From an uncultured archaeon (lineage in GTDB: Archaea > Altiarchaeota > Altiarchaeia > IMC4 > QMZM01), in contig CAZJVE010000001.1 in the NCBI GenBank assembly GCA_964549685.1, forward strand, positions 19,706 through 83,705: a DNA stretch of 64,000 nucleotides, in the 5' to 3' direction. The position numbers and the translations under genes are program-made. The stretch's first letter is position 1, and each line of letters begins with the position of its first letter. Under the pieces are notes generated by a model. That model ran no database searches, was not told the origin of the DNA, and saw only the letters and a program-made list of their open reading frames with translations. Positions 8,901 through 16,618 of the stretch are shown here, one piece after another.

Positions 8901-11900
8901 CCCTGTAGAATCGATGTTAATCCTTTTTGTTGCCACGTCGGCGTAGACCTCAAATGAAAACAACTGAGGGATGAACTGGTTGTCGTATTGTGGGTCGAAT
9001 CCACGTGATTGGAATACATCGTAGAGATGCTTCAGGAATGGCACATCGTCTGCCATATCGAATGCAATCACATCAAGATCTTTTACATATTTCCAGTTTA
9101 TCTTACCCTCGGAATCATAGAAGTAGCTAAGACTGCCACGTATGCCTACAGCGCCTTTTGTGGAGAGTTCGCTGTTTGCTTTAACCCGCGCCTCCTCCAG
9201 GATTTCCAGCAGATTGTACTCCACCCCTCCAGGATTCTTTATATTGAATGCCTCCTTAGCAGTTAGTGACCTGCTGAGCTTGTAGCACATATCCACCCCT
9301 ATAGCATCAATCTTGGCTTTGATTTGTGGTTCAAATATATAAAAAAGGTCGTTAAGGTTGGGGTAATCCTCTATGTAAAGGTCAACCATATTTGACGTGA
9401 GCTGCTTGTCTCCCATTAGGTGGCTTACCGCAATCTGTCTCTTGAGTGCCTTCTCGTATTTTCCGTCAACTGCAAGGCCATGCGCCTCATCATACAGATA
9501 TATGAGCCGGGCCTTTAAGGCATCAGAGGTAGCCTTTTCCTTAACCTCGGCAAGGATAGTGTCTATCTCTCCAAGCATCTCTCCCTTGCCTATGTAGATG
9601 CCATGGTAGGCCTGGTCTATAAGGGTGGGCATGTTATCCCCGTATAATGATTTCAGGTTCCCTAGCTTCTCGGTGAACCAGACATTCGTCCCGACCTCGC
9701 GCCCGTAGAATTCCGCCATGTCGGGGCCCAGTTTCTCCTTCACGATATTGGCAACATCAGAATACTTGGAATCAGGGACATCGTCCGAGAATATGAGGGA
9801 GTAGTCCACATCGTTAATGTACTCGTACCTGATGACCGGTGTCCCGTCCTTGAGCGTGTAGAAGTATGAATTGCTGCCATAGATGTCTATCACAACGTCC
9901 CCGGGGATTCCCTCGGCAGCCATCCTTGAGCGGACCTCGGGCAGCGTCTTCTGCTCGATGGTGTCTATGAGATTCTTTGGCTTTCCTGTCGCGGGGTCGA
10001 TTATGGGCTCCAGCGTGCTTGGGTCCCTGAGATGGAAGGACTCCCTGGTTTCAGGGAATGTGTCGGGGAACCTTGCGCAGCCCTCGGGGCAGACCCAGTC
10101 AATCTTGTCCCAGATTTCTGTCTTCAGGAAGTCCAGGTCCTTTGCTTCCCAAGGAATGTTGCCCCAGAGTGTCCTGCCCTTTGTCTCCTGATCGATGAGG
10201 AATGCCCTGACCTCCTCGGTCGGTCTGCCTATTAGATTGTTTTTGTAGACGGCCTCGCCCTCAGGACCTTCAAGGAATTTACCGTTTGCGTCCTCGAGGA
10301 AGAGGAATAATTGCTCCACTATCGCATTCCCATACGTATCTTTAACCGTTATGTCTGCATACTGGTAGGGCCTGCCCTGGGAATCAGTAAACTGGGAATT
10401 GACTATGGATATACTAAACTGATCTGCGCTCTCCAGCGTGCCTATGATGTCCATCACAGGAGCGAACTTCAAAGCCCTGTACGACTTCGCAATGAAGGGG
10501 TTTGCACCCATCACCTGTGGATCCATCAAATTCGTGGTTTGGATGACAGTAATGTCGGCCTCCAGAAACCTCGCGATTGCGTATTCGTGGAATATCTTTG
10601 CAAGCCCCTTGCCCTGGAATTCATCGAAGACTTCATAATTCAGCGAGATGAGATTCAGCTGTCCTACGCCCTCTGTAATTCCGCGCTGATAATTCCGGAA
10701 GGCAATATTCTTTCCACGGAGGTCAGGCTTCGTTTCGTCAAGCTTGTAGAGAGCGTCCTCAAAGGAGGCTGCGTCCTCAAAAGGTATATCAGTGGATGTC
10801 TTCACGCTCTCGTATATGAACTCCTGTCCTGCAAGAGGGTGTCCTGATTTGGGCTTTATACGATATCTTCTCCTAACAGCATTCTCACCCTCCTGTTCCT
10901 CCCCCAGGAATTCGACAATCTCGAAGGAGGGGTAGTCCTTTTCGATTCCTCCGGCGCAGGCGGGGTCTACCTTTACGTCTTCGCCGGGGACTTCTACAGG
11001 ACATACATCAGCGAAGCCGAACTTTGCCTTGAACTCGCAGAATTTCTTGCTGGTTTCGGAGATAAGCTCTGTGGTTGAAATGCTTGGATTCACATCACTC
11101 TTAGTGACCTTCTTGATGATATCCTCATCCAGCGCCTTGATTATGAATTCGTGATGTTGTGTGGATATCTCGCCCATGGTTTCCTCTATCTTGCCCAGCG
11201 AGTACTCAAAGCTTTCTATGTTTTGGCTGAGAGTGGTGCCCCTGTAGCCCTTCCTTGCATAGAATGCATCTTCTGCATGTGGATATACGTCCTTCAGTAT
11301 CTTTAGTGAGAGGTCTTCGGACAATTCCGTTACCTTCTTGCATATCTGGAATCTGTCTTCACCATAATATTTGTCTTTAACTAAGTGGTCCCGGGTAATC
11401 TCCTTCAGACCCAGTAATTCCGGGAATTCCTCAAATATCGGTTTGGCGGGGTCTGACCTACCCATCACCATATGCGTGCCGCCCTCCTTCAGCCTGTTTA
11501 TTATCTTTGCCTTTACTTCTGGCTCTATGTCATAGTTCAGGAACCATCTTTCATAATAGGTGTTATATCCTCCTTCAAGCTCTGGTGGGAAAAAGGTATT
11601 GGCGTCTTTGTTATAAAACCATATCGTCTTTGTATCTCCCTTGTATTCAAACGTGACCTTGAACTTTTGGGGTTCCACCTCCTCCACCTGAATGCTGGAG
11701 AATGGAATATCCGGGTCCATTCCATACTCTTTTGCAGTAGCCCAGAGCTTTACTCTTATACCGTCCGAATTTGAAAGTGAAGCATCCGGGTCCACATAGA
11801 TGCCTGTTTTGGCAGCGGTCTCCATGAATAGTGAGGGGTCCATGGAAGACGCAGGATAATACGCCAGTTCTCCTGGGCATTTGCCTCCGAGCCAGACAAT

Positions 11901-13682
11901 CTGGTCCCAGATGCTCGTCCTCAGGAAGTCCATGTCCTTTGCTTCATAGAAAACCCTGCCCCATATGGTCCTGCCATTTGTCTCCTGGTCGATGAGGAAT
12001 GTCCTGACCTCCTCGGTTGATTTGAGGAGGTTGTCTTTGTAGATGGCCTCGCCCTCAGGGCCTTCAAGGAATTTGCCGTCGGCATCCTCGAGGAAGAGGT
12101 AGAATTCTCCTAGAAGCGCTCCACCTGAACCCCTGACCTTCATATCAGCATACTGGTAGGGTCTGCCCAGAGAATCAGAGAAATGCTCAGAATCCTTTAT
12201 CTCTATCTCAAAGCTCTCGGCGACCCCCAGCATGCCCATGATGGCAAATTTCGGACCGAACCCCAGGTTCTTGTACGACTTCGCAATATAGGGGTTCGCA
12301 CCTATCCCCGTCATAGCCATCATCTGAGTGCCTGTCTCGATTGACGTCATGCCGGCCCCTATCATCCTCGCAAAAGCGTATTCGTTGAATATCCTTGCAA
12401 TTCCTTTGCCCTTGTATTCCTCGAACATTGAATCCTCTATCCCAATGATGTCCACGACTCCATGTTTGGGTATAAATCCATAGTCATAGTCCATGTAGGC
12501 AATCTTTGTGCCGTCAAGCTTGTAGAGTCCGTCATTAAAGTAGGCTTCGACTACAACATCTACCTCCACCTTAGCAGTTTCCATAATGCTCTCATATATG
12601 AACTCCTGCCCTGCAAGAGGGTGTCCTGATTTGGGCTTTATACGATAGCTTCTCTTAACCCTATTCGCATCCACTTGTTCCTCTCCCAGGAATTCGGCAA
12701 TCTCGAAGGAGGGGTATTCTGATTCAGTCCCTCCAACGATGCAGGCGTCTCCTTCGCCGCTGCTGGTGCCTATCTTGTCTCCGCCGCCGGAGGATGGCGG
12801 AACGGAGATTGCGCTGCCGATGATTGGGGGGGCGGAGATTTTGGGGCTTGGGGCCTGGGGAGCGGGACCTGAGCCTTGGGAGATTTTAAGGCTGGGTGCC
12901 GAGGGGGCGGAGATTTTGGGGCTTGGGGATGGGGGGGATTCTTCAGTAGTGCAGCTGGTGGTTCCGTCGGGTGGTTCTGTTGGGCCGCCTGTGTCGCAGC
13001 CGGAGCCGCCGCCTCCCGAGGGGGCTTCGCCTCCGTCACAGCCGGAACCGCCTCCGCCCTCTGGGCCGCCTATGTCGCAGCTTTTGCCTCCGCCGCCAGG
13101 GGGAGCGCCGGCAATTGCCATAGTATAGAGACCCATCAGCCCGAGCATGTCTGATATGATGTCCAGCTTCATCTTTATCGGGCCTGCCTCCTTCTCTGCC
13201 TCCAGTTGTATGAGCTGCTCGGTGATGAACTTCTCCTGCATGAGGATTTTGCACTCCTCTGTTCCGGAGACGTAGACGTCATCGTCTTCAGTAGAGAGCT
13301 CCAGCTCATTGGTCGAGGTGCTTGTGAAGAGGATGAAGGCGCCTGATTCGAATACCGTTATTTCGTCGCTTCCGGTGGTGTGGCTTGCGGCAGGGGGGTC
13401 CTGGATGTTCTCCAGCTCAAGCTGGGGACCCTGGTCTATATCCAGGGTTATGTCCTTTCCTTCAGGGATGTATCCATAAACGAAATAGCCCCATTTACCC
13501 ATGGCCTTGAACTCAACAGGGTAGGTGCAGTATTCTATCAGGGCATCTCCATCAGAAGCGCCGGGGGCTATGTCGAGCTCCCTGCAGTATCCATCGGCGA
13601 GAACCATCTGGGCCATGGACAGGGTGAGGACTATGTAAACGGAGAATAAAACCAGTGTCTTCCTCAGGTTTGGCTTCCTCAT
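5973..13682 (-). CDS. Giant (2569 aa) signal-peptide multi-enzyme protein: GNAT, SAM-MTase-like, GNAT, 4x nucleotidyltransferase+helical modules, coiled coil, C-terminal TM helices
   Basis: Signal peptide (VLA/DG). GNAT motifs EYKGKGIA..NPYIAKSYKNLGF and EFQGKGLA..NPFIAKSYRALKF. MTase-like YYPASSMD..YVD..KDA..LKEGG. Four GS...DxD motifs (GSNS..DVD, GSLS..DLD, GSAT..DID, GSTQ..DID). Hydrophobic C-terminus. Confidence 0.85.
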   Translation of the reverse strand: MRKPNLRKTLVLFSVYIVLTLSMAQMVLADGYCRELDIAPGASDGDALIEYCTYPVEFKAMGKWGYFVYGYIPEGKDITLDIDQGPQLELENIQDPPAASHTTGSDEITVFESGAFILFTSTSTNELELSTEDDDVYVSGTEECKILMQEKFITEQLIQLEAEKEAGPIKMKLDIISDMLGLMGLYTMAIAGAPPGGGGKSCDIGGPEGGGGSGCDGGEAPSGGGGSGCDTGGPTEPPDGTTSCTTEESPPSPSPKISAPSAPSLKISQGSGPAPQAPSPKISAPPIIGSAISVPPSSGGGDKIGTSSGEGDACIVGGTESEYPSFEIAEFLGEEQVDANRVKRSYRIKPKSGHPLAGQEFIYESIMETAKVEVDVVVEAYFNDGLYKLDGTKIAYMDYDYGFIPKHGVVDIIGIEDSMFEEYKGKGIARIFNEYAFARMIGAGMTSIETGTQMMAMTGIGANPYIAKSYKNLGFGPKFAIMGMLGVAESFEIEIKDSEHFSDSLGRPYQYADMKVRGSGGALLGEFYLFLEDADGKFLEGPEGEAIYKDNLLKSTEEVRTFLIDQETNGRTIWGRVFYEAKDMDFLRTSIWDQIVWLGGKCPGELAYYPASSMDPSLFMETAAKTGIYVDPDASLSNSDGIRVKLWATAKEYGMDPDIPFSSIQVEEVEPQKFKVTFEYKGDTKTIWFYNKDANTFFPPELEGGYNTYYERWFLNYDIEPEVKAKIINRLKEGGTHMVMGRSDPAKPIFEEFPELLGLKEITRDHLVKDKYYGEDRFQICKKVTELSEDLSLKILKDVYPHAEDAFYARKGYRGTTLSQNIESFEYSLGKIEETMGEISTQHHEFIIKALDEDIIKKVTKSDVNPSISTTELISETSKKFCEFKAKFGFADVCPVEVPGEDVKVDPACAGGIEKDYPSFEIVEFLGEEQEGENAVRRRYRIKPKSGHPLAGQEFIYESVKTSTDIPFEDAASFEDALYKLDETKPDLRGKNIAFRNYQRGITEGVGQLNLISLNYEVFDEFQGKGLAKIFHEYAIARFLEADITVIQTTNLMDPQVMGANPFIAKSYRALKFAPVMDIIGTLESADQFSISIVNSQFTDSQGRPYQYADITVKDTYGNAIVEQLFLFLEDANGKFLEGPEGEAVYKNNLIGRPTEEVRAFLIDQETKGRTLWGNIPWEAKDLDFLKTEIWDKIDWVCPEGCARFPDTFPETRESFHLRDPSTLEPIIDPATGKPKNLIDTIEQKTLPEVRSRMAAEGIPGDVVIDIYGSNSYFYTLKDGTPVIRYEYINDVDYSLIFSDDVPDSKYSDVANIVKEKLGPDMAEFYGREVGTNVWFTEKLGNLKSLYGDNMPTLIDQAYHGIYIGKGEMLGEIDTILAEVKEKATSDALKARLIYLYDEAHGLAVDGKYEKALKRQIAVSHLMGDKQLTSNMVDLYIEDYPNLNDLFYIFEPQIKAKIDAIGVDMCYKLSRSLTAKEAFNIKNPGGVEYNLLEILEEARVKANSELSTKGAVGIRGSLSYFYDSEGKINWKYVKDLDVIAFDMADDVPFLKHLYDVFQSRGFDPQYDNQFIPQLFSFEVYADVATKRINIDSTGSPPMDWVFADYTEYDPHGMTFIGDSKEIDSLIESLEAMELSAETKESMRDVRVERAKNIVSDYADYEHAYRRLVEAVWVMDNYEVRDQMYAEFVTEFDGAKDFQSLYEKWLPTVEALKLSGLCYKLSKAYTTKDAYLIENTAGQKHNMLDIIYEALKKTGEEGAVAIRGSATSFYESTSKINWKYISDIDMVVIDASPNKFYTELVNSLEGRGFIMHPSGYAVEVRVNGETKMLGLDYLGQSQKYVLDPALIKDYYAEGMTLVADKERLESLQTAIEELKSTERVKARYEIILKSAKDLAYKNDYEKACRRLANAAVVLDDYGVRDGIYAEFVTEFDGAKDFQSLYEKWLPTVEALKLSGLCYKLSKAHTTKDAYLIENTKTELPPEQRVHNLLDIIHEALKVAQETTGEEGAVGIKGSTQYLYESPEKINWKYPKDIDMFAIDVSDNEFLARLVEEFTKRDFEVLPGDPDQGYDFAVKVREGGEEVIINLDRIGETKDEVFDPTRIKESYPEDMTFVGDQEQIDDITSRIEALKSAVRTEIRHGYLMEQAEDWAFVNDFEKASKRLVEAAYTVDSFELRDQMYAEFKAEFDGAKDFKPLYEKYHPIVDALKPQSRAKILDSARRYLEYSESMERYRVLLSTAIKELDEAKAIDVETKVNAFKAEIQADAVLVPDDLAGLEEDIQGIKETLTKAKEVLAVAKDLGALEDDVVRIKVHEVMDDLMKGRMDMTEDATSLYEKVGQELLKAKEDFDALPEEKKATWAEKIAEKKNSLKSKLETFIDFTDNVRTKWHQSKYYKRVYEVMEWTHEKLGKLGKDRLATLGKASGVAMVGIGVVQIILEDVGTKLEVMGDNENNPFYVMVGRKMETIATWIGVGFIAMIAIHILIALVKGGLIAALISLAMWLVLFAVLAVIITTGLKYFWCDYLNKSLAGDPICMILYGPAPIAMTASIQGTSGTCTMTGTWDGQSEMNCN
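7765..8633. repeat. 152-bp near-identical direct repeat pair (7765-7916 and 8482-8633) within the NTase module array
   Basis: Manual alignment shows one mismatch (gtgtggg vs gtgtagg). The 717-bp offset is in frame, and both copies encode YAEFVTEFDGAKDFQSLYEKWLPTVEALKLSGLCYKLSKA[YH]TTKDAYLIEN. Confidence 0.95.
10090..12745. repeat. Duplicated GNAT module (approx. 10090-10965 and 11890-12745)
   Basis: Shared DNA and protein blocks: YPSFEIxEFLGEEQ, YRIKPKSGHPLAGQEFIYES, GRPYQYAD, LFLEDAxGKFLEGPEGEA, TEEVRxFLIDQET, EAKDxDFLxTxIWD. Confidence 0.9.
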
Positions 13683-14326
13683 TTTTTGGTGATTTTGAGG
13701 TTTATTGTTGCCGAGCCGGTGTCAATGTTCCTTGTCTCTGAGGTCTCTATGTTGACCTGTGTCTCCTCGCAGATGCAGGTTCCCCTGGCCTCCTCGAATT
13801 CTATGCTTACGTAGTAGGGGGTTCTGATTTGTGTGTCATCCACTGTATCTCCAAGGCAGGTCATTGTGGGGGAGTAGACCTCCTTTATGCCGATATAGTT
13901 TCCATCGGAGTCCCAGTCGTTGTAGACGGAATAGCAGTGGTTCTCCTGCAGTTCCGTCCTGAGGTCGTAGCTGCCGTATTCCTGCAGTGCCCTCTCGACT
14001 CCCTGAACGAAGTCCGTTTCAAGGGGGATTGTTTCGGGGCCGCCTCCAACGTCTGTGAGGTTGAACCTGGAGTCGGGTCTTTTGCCTGGGATTCCCCCAG
14101 GGGAATTTATCCATTGATAGGCAAGGAACGCGATTACTACCAGGGCTATTACGGGAAGGATTTTTTTCCATGGGATGTGGTAGGTGAAGGAGTAGCCCCC
14201 TTCAGACCGGGCCTCGTCGACCATGGCTGGGTCGAGGTTCTGGGCTCTGAGGCTCATTCTCAATAGCTCTGGGTCCTCACCCTTCTCGAGCTCCTGCCTT
14301 ATCCAGGTTTTTATCCTGTCAGCCAT
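13679..14326 (-). CDS. Single-pass membrane protein with short N-terminal cytoplasmic helical domain
   Basis: N-terminal IKTWIRQELEKGEDPELLRMSL...VDEA helices, one TM (ILPVIALVVIAFLAY) and a Cys-containing C-terminal domain. The stop overlaps the ATG of the giant gene. Confidence 0.75.
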   Translation of the reverse strand: MADRIKTWIRQELEKGEDPELLRMSLRAQNLDPAMVDEARSEGGYSFTYHIPWKKILPVIALVVIAFLAYQWINSPGGIPGKRPDSRFNLTDVGGGPETIPLETDFVQGVERALQEYGSYDLRTELQENHCYSVYNDWDSDGNYIGIKEVYSPTMTCLGDTVDDTQIRTPYYVSIEFEEARGTCICEETQVNIETSETRNIDTGSATINLKITKK

Positions 14327-14328
14327 TT

Positions 14329-15243
14329 TTAGGTATACCAGCAGCCGGCGTCGAATAGCTCATCCAGCTGCTCCTTGGTTATCTTGAACTTGGCCTTGTC
14401 GCCTAAGGTGGAGACCAGCTGTCCGGAAACCTCTGTTGCACCGCATTTGAGCTGCAGGTTGCCGCCGGTTGCGTCTCCGTAGGTGTCTGCGAGGTCTATC
14501 TCTATGTATTTTTCTATGGTAGGCCCTATGCCCCAATCGCATTTCTGGCCGCCCGTCACTCCTGCCTCGCAGGGGTCGCAGTCGCAGGATGAGGCGACGC
14601 CGTAGTCAGAGCATTCATCTACAGTAGCTCCGAAGGCATCGCATTTTTTGCATGAGACGCTTAATAAGCCGGTGGATGCTATCTGGCACGGTCCTTCAGA
14701 AACCTGGCAGGGGTTTCTTATGCAGACCGGGCAGACGCCGTCAGGGTCGATTATACCCCAGATAGCAGTGGGATAGTCAGCGCAGTCTTCAATATCCTCT
14801 GTCTCGCAGATTTTGCAGTCACTGTTGCCGTCGTCCCACCAGCAGGTTCCGTCGGTTTCGCACGTTGCTCTGGTCGAAAAGTCGCAGGAGCCGCCATACT
14901 GGAATTCGATGCTTGCGCCGCACCAGCTGAGTCTTGCGTCATGAGGCCCGGTCTGTTTTGGAGGTATGCTCCAGGAAGAGCAGGTTGCAGTCTGGGGGCT
15001 GGCCGGGTCTACTGCAACGTCGGGGTTGCCCTCGGTGCAGTCGTTTGAGTAATCCTGGTAGGAGGTGCTTCCGTTTGCCTTGACCTCCCACTTTACCTTG
15101 GCTGTGCAGGAGGTCCCTGTCCGCTGGAGGCTTACCTGGAGGGCGGGTATTTCGCAGGTAACCGCGGAGTTGGAAAGCTGAGTGTGGATTGAGAGAATAC
15201 CCAGTATTAACAATGTGGTTAGTATCAAATGCTTGGTTTTCAT
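14329..15243 (-). CDS. Secreted cysteine-rich protein (304 aa)
   Basis: The real start is most likely MKTKHLILTTLLILGILS (signal peptide) at 15243, 2 nt after the upstream stop. The mature part is rich in Cys (CPVC, CDCDPC, CKIC). Confidence 0.8.
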   Translation of the reverse strand: MKTKHLILTTLLILGILSIHTQLSNSAVTCEIPALQVSLQRTGTSCTAKVKWEVKANGSTSYQDYSNDCTEGNPDVAVDPASPQTATCSSWSIPPKQTGPHDARLSWCGASIEFQYGGSCDFSTRATCETDGTCWWDDGNSDCKICETEDIEDCADYPTAIWGIIDPDGVCPVCIRNPCQVSEGPCQIASTGLLSVSCKKCDAFGATVDECSDYGVASSCDCDPCEAGVTGGQKCDWGIGPTIEKYIEIDLADTYGDATGGNLQLKCGATEVSGQLVSTLGDKAKFKITKEQLDELFDAGCWYT

Positions 15244-15245
15244 CT

Positions 15246-15851
15246 TTAACAATTTGCGATGTATTCCCCGGAGACGAGTGAGGTGCCCGTTGCCCCGCCC
15301 CCAAGGCCGCTTATGCTTATTCCTGTGAAGAGGGCGACTATCAGGGCTGCGATGCCAATTAATACCAAAGCTATGATGAGGAAGAGTATGCACTTCTTTG
15401 CTGCTTCTCTTGTTTCGGGGTCATCCGATGTAAGGAGTTTGATGCCGCAGACCGCGAAAAGCACTGCGACAATTGCAACAGCGAAGTAGGAGAGTATTGA
15501 GGTGATTTCCATGAGGTTGGATTTGACCTCGCAGACCTCCTTGCAGTTATCTATGCAGGGGGTTTTGGCTTCGGTGGGTGTAACGCCGGAGCAGTAGGTG
15601 TTGCAGCATGTATCGCAGTCAGAACCGAGAAGATTGAGGCCACAGTGGGACATGCCCCCGCAGATTCCTCCGCAGGTTTCCTGGCAGTTGGTTTCATTGG
15701 TTCCGTTGGTATATACGGTCTTGGTAGTGAAGCCGACGAATTCGTCCGTTGGACCCGCGGGGCAGTCGCAGGAACAGCCCATTAGTTCTATATCTGCGCT
15801 TGCTGTGAGACATAGAACTGATAGTAGTAGGGCTATGGTGAGAAGTCTCAT
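15246..15851 (-). CDS. VirB2/TrbC-like (T4SS-type) pilin with Cys-rich N-terminal extension
   Basis: Signal peptide, then a Cys-dense segment, then two hydrophobic helices separated by TSDDPETREAAKK, the layout of VirB2/TrbC-type pilins. Confidence 0.65.
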   Translation of the reverse strand: MRLLTIALLLSVLCLTASADIELMGCSCDCPAGPTDEFVGFTTKTVYTNGTNETNCQETCGGICGGMSHCGLNLLGSDCDTCCNTYCSGVTPTEAKTPCIDNCKEVCEVKSNLMEITSILSYFAVAIVAVLFAVCGIKLLTSDDPETREAAKKCILFLIIALVLIGIAALIVALFTGISISGLGGGATGTSLVSGEYIANC

Positions 15852-15875
15852 GTCATTAAGAATTAGGAATTTTAG

Positions 15876-15885
15876 GGATATAAGC
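15876..15885 (-). promoter_or_regulatory. Putative TATA box for the four-gene operon
   Basis: GCTTATATCC on the minus strand, about 25-34 nt upstream of the ATG at 15851. Similar boxes lie upstream of aglB (~5959-5967) and of the gene starting at 3092 (~3114-3121). Confidence 0.45.
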
Positions 15886-15886
15886 G

Positions 15887-16573
15887 TTACTTACCGAACC
15901 TTCTCTCCCCGGAGTTGTAGTCATTGATAATTTTGACGAGGTCTTCGCGCTGGAATTCCTGCCAGAGTTTGTCGACAAACTGAATCTCGGAGTAGGCACA
16001 TTGCCACAGAAGGAAGTTGCTGATTCTTGATTCGGATGTCCTTATTATTATGTCCGGGTAGCCCTTGACCCAGAGGTTCTTTCTTATGTTTTCCTCGGTT
16101 GGCTCTTCGCCGCTGTCTATAAGCTTGCCCACTGCATGCAACAGCTCTTGCCTTCCTCCATAGGCTATGGCGACGTTGAGGTCGAGGTTGTCATAGTCCT
16201 TAGTAGAATCCTCCAGCTTTGTGAGATTGCCGACTACCTTCTGGCCTATTGGATTACCCACCCCCGCTAAATAGTCAAGGTCGCCGCAGAGGTTTATTCT
16301 GACCCTGCTGCCGTGTATCCTGCCATTGTTAAGGACGTCCATGGCGTGGTTCGAAAAGAGGTTGAGGAGCGTGTGGACCTCGTCCTTGCCCCTGTTTTGG
16401 ATATTCTCGCTCGATAGAACGTAGATAGTAACCTCATTGACTCCAAGGTCAATGCACCAGTCAAGAAAGTCGTGGAACTTCTGGATTCCCATCCTGTAGG
16501 ACTCTTCAAGGTTGGCTATTCCGCTCTTCTCCATGAACCTCCTGTTTCCGTCTGGTATTACGCCGATGTGCAT
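15887..16573 (-). CDS. uppS: cis-prenyltransferase (polyprenyl diphosphate synthase)
   Basis: HIGVIPDGNRR, LSSENIQNR, YGGRQE, DIIIRTSESRISNFLLWQ and C-terminal RRFGK. The start is trimmed to the Met at 16573. Confidence 0.95.
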   Translation of the reverse strand: MHIGVIPDGNRRFMEKSGIANLEESYRMGIQKFHDFLDWCIDLGVNEVTIYVLSSENIQNRGKDEVHTLLNLFSNHAMDVLNNGRIHGSRVRINLCGDLDYLAGVGNPIGQKVVGNLTKLEDSTKDYDNLDLNVAIAYGGRQELLHAVGKLIDSGEEPTEENIRKNLWVKGYPDIIIRTSESRISNFLLWQCAYSEIQFVDKLWQEFQREDLVKIINDYNSGERRFGK

Positions 16574-16618
16574 TCTCAGGCAGGTAATAAATAAGTATGG
16601 TATTAATAAATAAAGAAG

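Noticed and set aside
7050-10060. NTase array as CBASS/CD-NTase or classic MNT-HEPN toxin-antitoxin
   Set aside because: No adjacent Cap effectors, no clear RxxxxH HEPN RNase motif, and the modules sit inside a signal-peptide protein. The subfamily cannot be assigned by eye.
12990-13100. GGGGS repeats resembling a synthetic linker
   Set aside because: They are interspersed with Cys/Asp/Pro, use varied codons and lie in a native context, consistent with natural low-complexity sequence.
5973-13682. Intein or diversity-generating retroelement explanation for the internal repeats
   Set aside because: No convincing intein blocks were seen beyond a terminal Asn. There is no reverse transcriptase in the window, and the repeats are in-frame coding copies rather than a TR/VR pair.
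15244-15393. N-terminal extension of the 354-aa ORF
   Set aside because: It overlaps the pilin-like gene, and a clear signal peptide begins at 15243.
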